A model generated the notes under the pieces. It saw only the letters and a list, made by a program, of their open reading frames with translations. It was not told where the DNA came from and made no database searches. Source: Candidatus Omnitrophota bacterium (GTDB lineage: Bacteria; Omnitrophota; Gorgyraeia; Duberdicusellales; 4484-171). From it: a stretch of DNA of 64,000 bases. The stretch's first letter is position 1, and every line of letters starts with the position of its first letter. Where the stretch lies: assembly GCA_003154195.1 (NCBI GenBank), contig PMCS01000009.1, forward strand, positions 19,014 through 83,013, in the 5' to 3' direction. Made by a program: the position numbers and the translations under genes. Below are positions 10,806-20,298 of this stretch, piece by piece.

Positions 10806-10860
10806 CATCCGCGCAAGCGGATAGCGGATATTTATTTTTTACTGCGTAAAAAATAAATAT
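10806..10860. repeat. Double-hairpin repeat family (copies 16003-16051, 47669-47719; first hairpin inverted at 15802-15816)
   Basis: CATCCGCG(C)AAGCGGAT followed by ATATT..TTTTT-loop-AAAAA..ATAT hairpin. Confidence 0.75.
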
Positions 10861-10953
10861 TATATTAGTTGAAAGTTTTTTGGTTATAGGGTATCATATT
10901 ACCACTCATATTTAAAACTTTATAATATAGTATTCATACATCTTGGGGCAAAA

Positions 10954-11652
10954 ATGTTTATTCGTATACTGTCTTCATTATCATTCTGTATATTTTTTGC
11001 TTCCTGCGCCGCGACCCAAAACACGATACAAAATAACTCTGCCGTACGCGCCGGGGTGCCAAGCATTGAGCCTTATAATTCTGCCCTTTCTTCTTGCGAT
11101 CATCCTGCCTTAGAAAAAACTCAATATTACATCGTAAAGCCGGGCGATTCCTTGAGGCTGATCGCGGAAAAGTTTAATCTAAGCATAGAAAAAATAATCG
11201 AAAAAAATCATATCGCTAAACCCGGTAATTTACGCGCCGGCCAATTAGTGATTATCCCCGGCACTGAATATGAAAAAGTAAACGCAGATTTCTTTTGGCC
11301 GATAAACGGCAAAATCGTAAGTTTTTATGGTGAGAATACCGACAGCATAAAGAACAAAGGGCTGAAAATAAAAACAACTTCTCAGGCCAACGTAAAAGCG
11401 GCGCGGGATGGAGAAGTGATTTTTTCCAACTATCTCAAAGGGTGGGGAAAAACCATCATCCTGAAACATAACGGCAATTTTTACACGGTCTACGCGAATT
11501 TAATCGACACCGCGACAAAAGAAGGCTCAAGCGTAAAAAGAGGCGAAGTTGTGGGGAAATTAGCGCTGAATAAAAAAAATGGCGAAGATACCTTATATTT
11601 TGAAATAAGAAGGGGGTGCCTGCCGCAAGACCCCATGAAGTATCTCCGGTAA
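10954..11652 (+). CDS. LysM + M23 (NlpD-like) lipoprotein
   Basis: Lipobox FASC, LysM YIVKPGDSL, M23 fold FFWPING...LYFEIR with degenerate Zn ligands. Confidence 0.85.
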   Translation: MFIRILSSLSFCIFFASCAATQNTIQNNSAVRAGVPSIEPYNSALSSCDHPALEKTQYYIVKPGDSLRLIAEKFNLSIEKIIEKNHIAKPGNLRAGQLVIIPGTEYEKVNADFFWPINGKIVSFYGENTDSIKNKGLKIKTTSQANVKAARDGEVIFSNYLKGWGKTIILKHNGNFYTVYANLIDTATKEGSSVKRGEVVGKLALNKKNGEDTLYFEIRRGCLPQDPMKYLR

Positions 11653-11662
11653 AATGAAACAA

Positions 11663-11797
11663 GGGGATTAGGGCATCGGGGGATTAGGGCATCGGGGGAT
11701 TAGGATTTGGAGATTAGGATATCCCGCATCGGGTTTTTTCCTGATTCCCCAATTTCCCAATTCCCAAATGCTGATACCCTGGTTTCCTGATATCCTA
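11663..11797. repeat. Short tandem G-rich repeats with imperfect inverted C-rich arm
   Basis: GGGGATTAGGGCATCG x2.6, then TTCCCAA-type repeats. Confidence 0.8.
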
Positions 11798-11845
11798 AAA
11801 AGAAATTACTATACTTTTAGACTCGGCAAGGTTGGTATAAATTTT

Positions 11846-13414
11846 ATGGATGAAAAATTGTTGTGGGAAACCAAGTTTTCCACATTAGATAAAAGAATAA
11901 AGGATTTTAGCCTGGGGTATCGGCAGAATATCGCGATCTTGGGAAATGACCAGGAAGAAATATCCTACCTTCTGGAAAGCTACCTTGAACAAAACAAATC
12001 TGACGATACTGTTTATATCCATATACCGGCTTCCTATATAAATAAAAAAGAATTCTTTAAACGAGTGGCTTTAGATATATTAAGCAGCTACTCCCATAAC
12101 GAAGGAAACCTTGACAGCTTAATAAACTTAAACAATCCCTCCTTAACCGCTACGACAAATTTTATCCGTAATACCCTCAAAAAAAATACCTTAACGCTGC
12201 TGGATACGCTGGAAGTTATCAATAAATTTCTGAACGAAAGTAAACGTAAAAGTATTCTCATCGTAGAGGACTTTTTAAAAATGGCAGAACTGTTCGGCAA
12301 CTGCTTCAAAGATTTCTCCAAATTTATAATGCTGCAACGCAACTGCATGATCATTCTTGCCTCTTCCTGCACAAGAGAAACACAAAGAATATTTTCCGAT
12401 GATTTAAACTTATTATTCGGAAATTTCGAAAAAATACTTTTGGACGAAAATACTTTTTTTGATAACTATATGCATCTGAAGCGTAAACTCCAGCCGATAA
12501 ATCCCTCGCCGCTCTTTATTTCTTTTTTTGTGAATATTCTCGGCTCAAACGTCATCTATTACGATGTCATTGCCGAAAAGATAAAAGCCGGCTATACCGA
12601 TAACGCCGAGGAAAAAGTAATCGTGGAAACGTTGACCAATTCTCTTTACGCGAAAGAAACATATTTATTCCAAAAAATGCTTAAAAAAGTAGATTTGCTT
12701 AAAGAAAGATTTAAGGATTCCGACTTAACCATAAAAATACTTATTGCCCTGGGAGAAGGTTACCTGAGAAAAGATGAGCTGGTTTCGTTAAACCTTTGCG
12801 AGCGTAAGCTTCTGGTTTCCAAACTTAACAAATTATGCGATTGCAGTTACGTTGAAGCGTGCGGCAATATTTATAAAATACAGGACCCGCTGTTTGCTTT
12901 CTGGATTTCACGCGTTTTCAAAATACATTTTCTGTCTTACGCCGGCAACGCCAAAACCCGGGCGGCAGCATGGGAAAAAATGCTGCAACAGGATATTTGT
13001 TTATTTAAGGAAGACTTTTTTAAAGATAAAATTAAACGGATACTGGAATTACTCTCTTATTTTAAAGACGATACTTTAAAAGTAGGTAAAGACCGCTGCA
13101 AACTTCCCTGCGTAGAAAAAACAAAACTTTTGTCTTATTCGGATACGAACATCCACTTCTTGATCGGCGAAGGCCGGGAAATAATTTTTGCGGGGATCAA
13201 AGAAAAAAATATCACCGACAACGACGTGATCGAATTTATTGAAAAGAGTAACGGCATCAAAGGCAAAGGCGTAAAAAAAATACTGATGTCGTTGGAAAAA
13301 TTTACGCCGGAAGCTCAGCTTATCGCAAAGAATAACCGGTTGATCACCTGGGATATAAACGAAATAAACCATTTGATGAAACTGTACAATAAGCCGACAA
13401 TCCCCATCAATTGA
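11846..13414 (+). CDS. Degenerate AAA/archaeal-ATPase-like protein with wHTH and C-terminal restriction-endonuclease-like (DUF234-type) domain
   Basis: RQNIAILG at Walker A position but no GKT, ILIVEDF Walker B-like, YKIQDPLFAFW, C-terminal FTPEA motif. Confidence 0.5.
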   Translation: MDEKLLWETKFSTLDKRIKDFSLGYRQNIAILGNDQEEISYLLESYLEQNKSDDTVYIHIPASYINKKEFFKRVALDILSSYSHNEGNLDSLINLNNPSLTATTNFIRNTLKKNTLTLLDTLEVINKFLNESKRKSILIVEDFLKMAELFGNCFKDFSKFIMLQRNCMIILASSCTRETQRIFSDDLNLLFGNFEKILLDENTFFDNYMHLKRKLQPINPSPLFISFFVNILGSNVIYYDVIAEKIKAGYTDNAEEKVIVETLTNSLYAKETYLFQKMLKKVDLLKERFKDSDLTIKILIALGEGYLRKDELVSLNLCERKLLVSKLNKLCDCSYVEACGNIYKIQDPLFAFWISRVFKIHFLSYAGNAKTRAAAWEKMLQQDICLFKEDFFKDKIKRILELLSYFKDDTLKVGKDRCKLPCVEKTKLLSYSDTNIHFLIGEGREIIFAGIKEKNITDNDVIEFIEKSNGIKGKGVKKILMSLEKFTPEAQLIAKNNRLITWDINEINHLMKLYNKPTIPIN

Positions 13415-13449
13415 AATTTTCGCTGGAAAACCAGCAAAAATTTCAATTG
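13408..13449. repeat. Inverted repeat spanning the stop codon
   Basis: CAATTGAAATTTT..GCTGG AAAA CCAGC..AAAATTTCAATTG. Confidence 0.7.
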
Positions 13450-13500
13450 CCCCCGTAAGCCAAAAAGTCGGGAGAGGATTGCGAATCTCTGAGGCCTTTA

Positions 13501-13998
13501 ATGAGAATTTTGGTAATTTCCGACACGCATATACCGGTTACGGAAAAAAAATTACCCCCTATAATCGAAGAAGAAGCAAAAAAAAGCAACTGCTGTCTTC
13601 ATGCCGGAGATATGATCGATTATGAAACATTTGAACAATTATCTAAACTGGTAAAAGTATACGCCGTATGCGGCAATATGGACCAGGACCAGGTAAGAAA
13701 AAAGTTACCCGCCAAAGAGATTGTGACCCTCGATGATATCACAATCGGCCTTATTCATGGCCAGGGCGCTCCCGCGACTATAATCGATTATATCAACAAG
13801 GAATTTGCCGCCGATCTTGAACGAATAGATATTATTGTCTACGGCCACACCCACTGTCCCTCCGATAAAGAGATAAACGACAAAATTTATTTTAACCCGG
13901 GATCGCCTACCGATCGAGTATTCGCTCCTTATTGTTCCTACGGCATTTTAGAAATAAATGGCCGCGATATTAAACGGAGGCTCGTTAAAATTGAATAA
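13501..13998 (+). CDS. YfcE/MJ0936-family metallophosphoesterase
   Basis: SDTH, HAGD, GNMD, GHTH, NPGS. Confidence 0.92.
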   Translation: MRILVISDTHIPVTEKKLPPIIEEEAKKSNCCLHAGDMIDYETFEQLSKLVKVYAVCGNMDQDQVRKKLPAKEIVTLDDITIGLIHGQGAPATIIDYINKEFAADLERIDIIVYGHTHCPSDKEINDKIYFNPGSPTDRVFAPYCSYGILEINGRDIKRRLVKIE

Positions 13999-14485
13999 AC
14001 TTTGGGCGCCGTGGCGGATAAAATATCTCACGCAAAATAAAATACGGGGATGTATCTTTTGCCGTGCCGGTAAAGCCGGCAAAAGTAAAAACGAACAAAA
14101 CTTCGTGGTCGAACGCTCACCTCATTCATTTATCATCCTGAACGCCTTCCCGTATAATAACGGCCACCTGATGGCCGTTCCGCGGCGTCACGTAGATGCC
14201 CTGGATAAATTAAACGATGGGGAAATTTTAGATTTAAATAAATCTACTCTTCGGGCGATACGGTTATTGCAAAAAACATTAAAACCCGACGGCTTTAATG
14301 TAGGCATGAACCTGGGCAAAATTGCCGGTGCGGGCATAGAAAAACATATCCACATACATATCGTCCCCCGCTGGCAGGGAGATACAAATTTTATGCCGGT
14401 GCTAGCCGACACGAAGATAATTTCGCAAAGCCTTCATGATTTATATAAACTGCTTACAAAAGCGAAAACATTGACGGTAGAATAA
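13991..14485 (+). CDS. HIT family hydrolase
   Basis: LWAPWR, CIFC, HIHIHIVPRW; TTG 13991 after GGAGG. Confidence 0.92.
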   Translation: MNKLWAPWRIKYLTQNKIRGCIFCRAGKAGKSKNEQNFVVERSPHSFIILNAFPYNNGHLMAVPRRHVDALDKLNDGEILDLNKSTLRAIRLLQKTLKPDGFNVGMNLGKIAGAGIEKHIHIHIVPRWQGDTNFMPVLADTKIISQSLHDLYKLLTKAKTLTVE

Positions 14486-14531
14486 AATCTGGTATGATAA
14501 ATTAGTTTGGTGATATTTTTTTTGCGAAACA

Positions 14532-14725
14532 AACCCCCTTCGGGGGTTCACCGCCTCCCTGAATAATATATCTAAGGAAGCGGGATCCCGCCGAGTGAAG
14601 CGCAGGCGGGAAATTCGACTATCCCCTTACGGGGATAATTCAACTAAGCCCGGAGTACCGGGCAAGTTTCATTACCGCCTCGCGCGGCGTTCCTTCGGAA
14701 CTTGCGCTCGGCGAAGTCTCATTAA
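14532..14725. repeat. Composite cluster of palindromic repeats upstream of HD-GYP gene
   Basis: At least five hairpins; 14547-14615 resembles 39651-39709; AATTCRACTA/AAGTYTCATTA frame shared with 23333-23393. Confidence 0.65.
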
Positions 14726-14727
14726 TT

Positions 14728-15762
14728 ATGAAAAAATATAAACAGATATTTTCCACATTCCATACGGTATATCGCCTGATCACTGCTTCCAGCAACGTAT
14801 CGAATTTCTTAAGCGGCGCGTGCCGCCTTTACAAAAATTCTTTTAAACTGGACAGGGTCGTGATCATCTGTAAAAACGTAAATTACAGCCTCTATATAAA
14901 AATACGCATGGAAAATAATTGCCAATATGAAAAAAAGGGCGGCATCTCTATCCTGACCAAAAGAGAAAAAGAAATATTGAACCGGGAAAAAGAAATATCT
15001 TTCCCTAACCGGCTGTTTTACCCTCTTGTTTTTTCTGAAACGTTAGGCGTTATTTATATAAAACGCGGCCCCCCCAACGGCCCCTTCACGGAATTGGAAA
15101 AAAAATGGTTTTTCTCGCTTTCCGAAGAAATAAGCGTCGGCCTGAAGATTTTCAATTTATACCGTGAAGAAAAAAAGATGATCATCAGCTACGTTAAATC
15201 TCTTACGAAATTATTAGACCAGTATGTTCCCACGTCATACCTGCATACCAAAAATATATTCCGTTTCATAAGGATGCTGGGCAAGGCGATGAAACTTTCC
15301 GAAGCGGAAATAAAATCCCTGGAATACGCGTCGCTTTTGCATGACGCGGGTAAAATACAGCTTCCCTCGGCGATATTGAAAAAACAAAGGCCGCTTACCG
15401 ACGAAGAATTCAAAATAATCAGGAAACACCCCCGCGAAGGCGTTGAATTGATAAAAGATTTGGATATCCTTAAACCTGTTATCCCGATAATCCTGCACCA
15501 CCATGAACGATACGACGGCTCGGGTTATCCTTCACGTTTAAAAAAAGAACAGATACCGATCGGCTCAAGAATTCTTTCCATAATTGACGCGTTTGACGCA
15601 ATGTATTTCGGAAGGCCCTACCGAAAAAAAATACCGCTGCCGGAAATAGAGCAGGAAATCAAAAAGGAATCGGCGAAACAATTTGACCCCAAAATCGTCG
15701 ATATTTTTTTGAAAATATTGCGCCGGAAAGCAACGCCGAAAGAATTACGCTTTTCGAAATAA
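14728..15762 (+). CDS. HD-GYP domain c-di-GMP phosphodiesterase-like protein with N-terminal GAF-like region
   Basis: LHDAGK, HHERYDGSGYP, RPYR, QFDP. Confidence 0.9.
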   Translation: MKKYKQIFSTFHTVYRLITASSNVSNFLSGACRLYKNSFKLDRVVIICKNVNYSLYIKIRMENNCQYEKKGGISILTKREKEILNREKEISFPNRLFYPLVFSETLGVIYIKRGPPNGPFTELEKKWFFSLSEEISVGLKIFNLYREEKKMIISYVKSLTKLLDQYVPTSYLHTKNIFRFIRMLGKAMKLSEAEIKSLEYASLLHDAGKIQLPSAILKKQRPLTDEEFKIIRKHPREGVELIKDLDILKPVIPIILHHHERYDGSGYPSRLKKEQIPIGSRILSIIDAFDAMYFGRPYRKKIPLPEIEQEIKKESAKQFDPKIVDIFLKILRRKATPKELRFSK

Positions 15763-16049
15763 AAATGCCCTGAGATAAAACCGCAGGGCATTTTTATCCA
15801 CCTCCGCTTCGCGGAGTAAAAAACATCCCTTTCGTCACACCCTCTCTCCATTGGAACAATTCAGCGAAAGGAAAAATATTTTATCCCGAAGGTTAAGGAT
15901 ATGTTGATTTTTCCCAAAAATATTTTATAATGCTATTTAAGGTAAGGGCGTATTCTTGCTATAATCGATACCGGCGATAAATTTAGTGTATGCTTTTATG
16001 TTTTTCATCCGCGAAGCGGATGAAAGATATTTTTTGCGGAGCAAAAAAT

Positions 16050-16667
16050 ATGAAAGGAAAACAATTATATTTTTTTGAGTCCGACGAAGAAAAAAATATG
16101 CAAAAACGCAATATAGTAAATTTACCCCTGGACACCCTGATCATGTTCTCAATCGTTATCGCGCTATTGTTTGCTCTGATGTTTTCGCTCGGCGTAGAAA
16201 AGGGAAGAAAAATAGCGTATGCCTTAACGGAAAAAAATGAAATAAAACATGAGGCCGCCGTTTTAGATACGCCGGCGCCTGTCGGCGCTTCAGCCCCTAA
16301 AAAAATAATTTCCTCGCCGGGTGAAATTTACCAGAACCTTAAAACGCAAATACCGAACGCCCCGCGGCTGCAAACGGCAAATCTTGCGCCGGCGCCGGTT
16401 GAGGCCATTGCTTACGATACAAATGAACAAACGGCCGAAGAAAATACAACCAATAAATACCTTATCCAAGTCGCAACTTTCATGAAAGAAAATGTCGCCA
16501 ATCAGGAAGCAAAAAGCTTAGAAAAAAACGGTTATCCTGTATTGGTAGCGAAAAAAGGGAAATTTATCGTAGTCTTTGTAGGAAACTTCAAGGGCACGCA
16601 AGAAGCGCAAAAAAATATGAAAGAGTTAAAAAAGAAATATAAAGATTGTTTCTTAAGGAGGCTATAA
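16050..16667 (+). CDS. Membrane-anchored SPOR domain protein
   Basis: One TM helix, linker, C-terminal YLIQVATF...VFVGNF. Confidence 0.8.
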   Translation: MKGKQLYFFESDEEKNMQKRNIVNLPLDTLIMFSIVIALLFALMFSLGVEKGRKIAYALTEKNEIKHEAAVLDTPAPVGASAPKKIISSPGEIYQNLKTQIPNAPRLQTANLAPAPVEAIAYDTNEQTAEENTTNKYLIQVATFMKENVANQEAKSLEKNGYPVLVAKKGKFIVVFVGNFKGTQEAQKNMKELKKKYKDCFLRRL

Positions 16668-16921
16668 TGAGTTTACATCCGTCTTTAAAGCGGGCAGAAA
16701 AAATGGCAGCCAGTCGTTCGGTCATGAAACGCAGCGAAAGAATCAAATGGCTGGTGGAAAAAGGCATATGGAAAGAAAAAGACCGCGTGGTCGGCCTCGC
16801 GAAAATCAAAGTAGTAAAAGTAAAAACAGCTAAGAAAGAAAAGAAAGAAGAGAAGCCGGCAGAAGGCGCCGCTGTTGCCGCGCCGGCTACGGCAACTACT
16901 GCCGCGCCCGGAAAGAAGTAA
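16667..16921 (+). CDS. PVC-superphylum small basic protein (TIGR04137-like)
   Basis: MSLHPSLK...RSVMKRSERI...VVGLAKIK; SD AAGGAGG. Confidence 0.85.
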   Translation: MSLHPSLKRAEKMAASRSVMKRSERIKWLVEKGIWKEKDRVVGLAKIKVVKVKTAKKEKKEEKPAEGAAVAAPATATTAAPGKK

Positions 16922-16928
16922 ACGATTT

Positions 16929-17837
16929 ATGACAAAACGCCGACGAACGGTACTTTTCGGGTTAAGCCTGGCAATTCTGAGCACGGCGTCGGCCCAGGAC
17001 TACCGGGCCGTTAAAGATAAGGTCACCATCAGGGCGGACTCCACGGTTACTTCCGCCTCCCTCGGCTGCCTCAAAAAAGGCCACACCGTAAAAGTAATCG
17101 GTGAGAGGTACGACTGGTACAAAATTATTCTGCCTAAAGACTTCCTCTGCTATGCCGCGACGCAATTCTTAACCAAACAAAAACCAGACAACAACCGGCT
17201 TACCGTTTCCGCCAACCGGTTGAACTTACGCGATAAACCATCTCTGGATTCGGATATCATCGGCAGCGTAAAACAAGGCGACATGTTAACGGCCGCCGGC
17301 GAAAAAGACGGTTGGTTTAAAATAAAAGGCTATCCGCACGCGCATGGCTGGATTCATAAAAGTTTCTTGCAAAAAACCGAGCCCCCGCCGGAGGACTCTG
17401 CCTTGCTCGCGCAAAAACAAAACTTTACCACGCAGATGCGCGGATTAAGGGAGGCTGCCGGGGAAAAGAAAAAAGAGATTCGCGGCCGGTTAATCGAGAA
17501 GGGAGACGCGATTATCCCGCAGTTGGAATCTTATTTAGATGATGCCGCCGCGGCCAAAGACAGCATCGCCTATGATATAATTTATATCTTAGGCGAAATC
17601 GGAAAAAAGAACCTGAAGGCCGCAGACGATTTCTTAGACAAAACCGGCAACGGATCACCGTCGATATCCGCGGCGTATCTGGATATCGCCCAGGATATCC
17701 TTGAGCCGAGGCAAAACCGTAAACCTTACTTTTACCTCGCGCAAAACAATAAACTAACGATAAAGGATATCGAAATCGCTAAAAAAAATTTACAGAAATT
17801 ATACGGTCGGCGGTTTAACGCAAACATACCCAAATGA
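16929..17837 (+). CDS. Secreted tandem SH3b domain protein with helical C-terminus
   Basis: Signal peptide; IRADS..DWYKI and LNLRDKPS..GWFKI..GWIH repeats. Confidence 0.8.
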   Translation: MTKRRRTVLFGLSLAILSTASAQDYRAVKDKVTIRADSTVTSASLGCLKKGHTVKVIGERYDWYKIILPKDFLCYAATQFLTKQKPDNNRLTVSANRLNLRDKPSLDSDIIGSVKQGDMLTAAGEKDGWFKIKGYPHAHGWIHKSFLQKTEPPPEDSALLAQKQNFTTQMRGLREAAGEKKKEIRGRLIEKGDAIIPQLESYLDDAAAAKDSIAYDIIYILGEIGKKNLKAADDFLDKTGNGSPSISAAYLDIAQDILEPRQNRKPYFYLAQNNKLTIKDIEIAKKNLQKLYGRRFNANIPK

Positions 17838-18424
17838 CCCTGATCCTGATAGTTTTAATAACGCTTTCCCTTGCCGCCGGAGAGTACGCCCGCGCCCGGA
17901 TTGCCGACAATTTAGGCGATTCAACCCCCTATGAAACAAATCGGTTAACCCCCAACCCTTTAAGGCACGTTGATATCTTCGGCTCAATTATTCTTCCCCT
18001 GATAATTCTGGCAATCACCGATGCGAGCATAGCGATAGGATACGCTAAACCTGTTGCCGTTAACCCCTATTACTTCAAAAATCCCAAAAAAGGCACAATG
18101 CTGGTGTCCCTGGCCAGGCCTTTGATCAATACCGCAACCGCGGTTATCTCGATTCTGCTCATGAAACTAACCGGAGGAACTTTTGCCGGTGATTTATTTT
18201 TTCGCTATGCCGTAATAAGTATCGGGTTGGCGATATTCAATCTTATGCCGATACCGGGTTTTGACGGTTTTAAAATCGTAACGGCCCTCTTGCCTTACGA
18301 AACAGCCCACCGCCATCTTAAAACGAGGATTATCGGAATTATCGTTATATTGGTAATAGTGCTGATGGGCCTGCCGGAAAGATTTTTTTCGTTCCTGACC
18401 GGCGCTTTAACCGGAAGAATATAA
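17834..18424 (+). CDS. Site-2 protease (M50) family protein lacking HExxH histidines
   Basis: GDSTP, RLTPNPLRHVD, GYAKPV, NLMPIPGFDG; HExxH position reads GEYAR. Confidence 0.8.
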   Translation: MTLILIVLITLSLAAGEYARARIADNLGDSTPYETNRLTPNPLRHVDIFGSIILPLIILAITDASIAIGYAKPVAVNPYYFKNPKKGTMLVSLARPLINTATAVISILLMKLTGGTFAGDLFFRYAVISIGLAIFNLMPIPGFDGFKIVTALLPYETAHRHLKTRIIGIIVILVIVLMGLPERFFSFLTGALTGRI

Positions 18425-19530
18425 TGAAAATAATAAAAATTAACCTGAAAAAAAATCCATATAATATCTATATCGGACACGGCATATTAAAAAATATCCC
18501 GTTTTATATCAAAAACTGGGATCTCGGCAACCTCGGCATAATCCTGACATCGCCGATAATTTATTCGCTCTACAAAAACAGTATCAAAAAAAATTTTCCT
18601 TCCGGCCGCTACAAAATCATCACGGTCGCCGACGGCGAAAAAGCCAAATCAAAAGAACAGTTGTTTTACGCGATAAATAAAATCCTTAAATTAGACGGGT
18701 GGGATAAAAGGCCTTTCATCTTATGTCTCGGGGGAGGAACAATCGGCGATTTAGGCGGGCTGGTTGCCGCTTTATACAAACGCGGCATACCCTACATACA
18801 AATACCTACTACCTTACTGGCTCAAATCGACGCGAGCATCGGCGGTAAAACCGCGATCGACTTAAAAGAAGCAAAAAATATCCTGGGCGCGTTTTATCAG
18901 CCGAAAGCTGTTTTTATTGACCCCCTGTTCTTAGACACCTTGACCTTAAAAGAATTGAAAGAGGGGATGGCGGAAGCGATAAAATACGCCATGATCGAAG
19001 GTAAAAACTTTTTTACCTTTCTGAAAAAAAACAGCCGCGGAATAATGGAGCTTAACCCGCCTTTGATTTTAAAACTCATCAATACCTGCTGCCGCATAAA
19101 AGCAAAAATAGTGGAGCGCGACGAAAGAGAGGAGAAGGGTTTACGCACCATCCTTAATCTCGGCCATACCCTCGCGCACGCGCTCGAAGCGTCGTCAAAA
19201 TACAAAAAAATATCGCACGGCCAGGCCGTATCAATAGGGCTGCTCTATGCCGCCGGATTATCGTTAGCTCTGGGAAAATGCGATAAGAAAAAAGTGGACG
19301 CCGTCAGGGAAATCATCGAAGCGTTCGGATTACCCGTCGATATTTCCTTTGATTATCCGAAACTATTACGCGCTTTCAAATATGATAAAAAATTTATCTC
19401 GGGAAAGGTACGGATGGTTCTCATAAAAGACATCGGGAATTTAGAAATAACCGACGGGATACCTTTAAAAAAAATAGAAGGATCGCTGAGGTTATTTAAC
19501 GGGAAAAAATGCCGTTCGCTTGCTCTTTAA
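18424..19530 (+). CDS. aroB: 3-dehydroquinate synthase
   Basis: GGGTIGDL, PTTLLAQIDASIGGKT, LNLGHTLAHALE, HGQAV. Confidence 0.96.
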   Translation: MKIIKINLKKNPYNIYIGHGILKNIPFYIKNWDLGNLGIILTSPIIYSLYKNSIKKNFPSGRYKIITVADGEKAKSKEQLFYAINKILKLDGWDKRPFILCLGGGTIGDLGGLVAALYKRGIPYIQIPTTLLAQIDASIGGKTAIDLKEAKNILGAFYQPKAVFIDPLFLDTLTLKELKEGMAEAIKYAMIEGKNFFTFLKKNSRGIMELNPPLILKLINTCCRIKAKIVERDEREEKGLRTILNLGHTLAHALEASSKYKKISHGQAVSIGLLYAAGLSLALGKCDKKKVDAVREIIEAFGLPVDISFDYPKLLRAFKYDKKFISGKVRMVLIKDIGNLEITDGIPLKKIEGSLRLFNGKKCRSLAL

Positions 19531-19637
19531 AAAGCTTCAAAAAGACCCCTATGCCCTAAGTTGGGGCGAAAGATTACGCGCAAAACGCTAATGAAAAGAG
19601 CGTTTTTCGGGTTAATCGGGTTTTTTATCCGGCGGCA

Positions 19638-19666
19638 TTGACAAAACGATAAAAATATGCTATACT
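19638..19666 (+). promoter_or_regulatory. Sigma70 promoter
   Basis: TTGACA-17-TATACT with extended TG. Confidence 0.75.
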
Positions 19667-19735
19667 ATCTTAGAAATTGGAAGCGTTTTCAGTATATAAT
19701 ATTAACGTACGATAGCTTTACAAAGAGGACGAAAA

Positions 19736-20068
19736 ATGGAAGAAAGAAGAAAAAACCAAAGAGTAGGAGTAGCCTTTCCTGTTGAGTGCGCCTTACCTGC
19801 CAAAAAAGATTACTTTTATACCGTAGCCAAAGATTTAAGCCACCACGGCGCGAAAATAATAATTAATGATTTTTTAGCCAAGGGCGATATTATAAAAGTA
19901 AATTTGAACATGATCGACAAAATGCTTTATTTAAGAGCGAAGGTAGCCTGGTGCAGCAAAGAAAGGACTTCCTGCGAAAGATATATCGCGGGACTGGAAT
20001 TCGTGGCGCCCAACAAGGAAAACGAAAAAGAACTCTCCTGCTTTTTAAATAAAATCTACAACTCTTAA
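19736..20068 (+). CDS. Single-domain PilZ protein
   Basis: ERRKNQR (RxxxR), DLSHHG (DxSxxG), GLEF. Confidence 0.88.
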   Translation: MEERRKNQRVGVAFPVECALPAKKDYFYTVAKDLSHHGAKIIINDFLAKGDIIKVNLNMIDKMLYLRAKVAWCSKERTSCERYIAGLEFVAPNKENEKELSCFLNKIYNS

Positions 20069-20126
20069 TCCGGCCGAATTTCCCGAAAAAACAGAAATTT
20101 CACCGCAAGGTGGTTAAAAAAATAAT

Positions 20127-20285
20127 ATGGCAAAATCTGAAGAAAAACGTAAAAATTGCGCGCAATGCAACAAATCAATGAAAAGGGTAGATTGGTATTA
20201 CCGTAATGACGGCTATTTCTGCAATAAATCCTGCTTCAAAGAACACCTCAAAAAACAGGCGCAGGAACAACCGAAGCCCGCTTAA
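20127..20285 (+). CDS. Small Cys4 zinc-finger protein (52 aa, not in ORF track)
   Basis: MAKSEEKRKNCAQCNKSMKRVDWYYRNDGYFCNKSCFKEHLKKQAQEQPKPA; fills gap between PilZ genes. Confidence 0.75.
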   Translation: MAKSEEKRKNCAQCNKSMKRVDWYYRNDGYFCNKSCFKEHLKKQAQEQPKPA

Positions 20286-20298
20286 AAAATCCTTGAAT

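Noticed and set aside
10954-11652. Degenerate M23 active site as a novelty
   Set aside because: Normal for NlpD/EnvC-type amidase activators.
11663-11720. TTAGGG telomere-like repeats
   Set aside because: Part of a 16-bp unit in an internal intergenic region.
14500-14727. c-di-GMP riboswitch upstream of HD-GYP gene
   Set aside because: No GEMM-type motif visible; the parts recur elsewhere as dispersed repeats.
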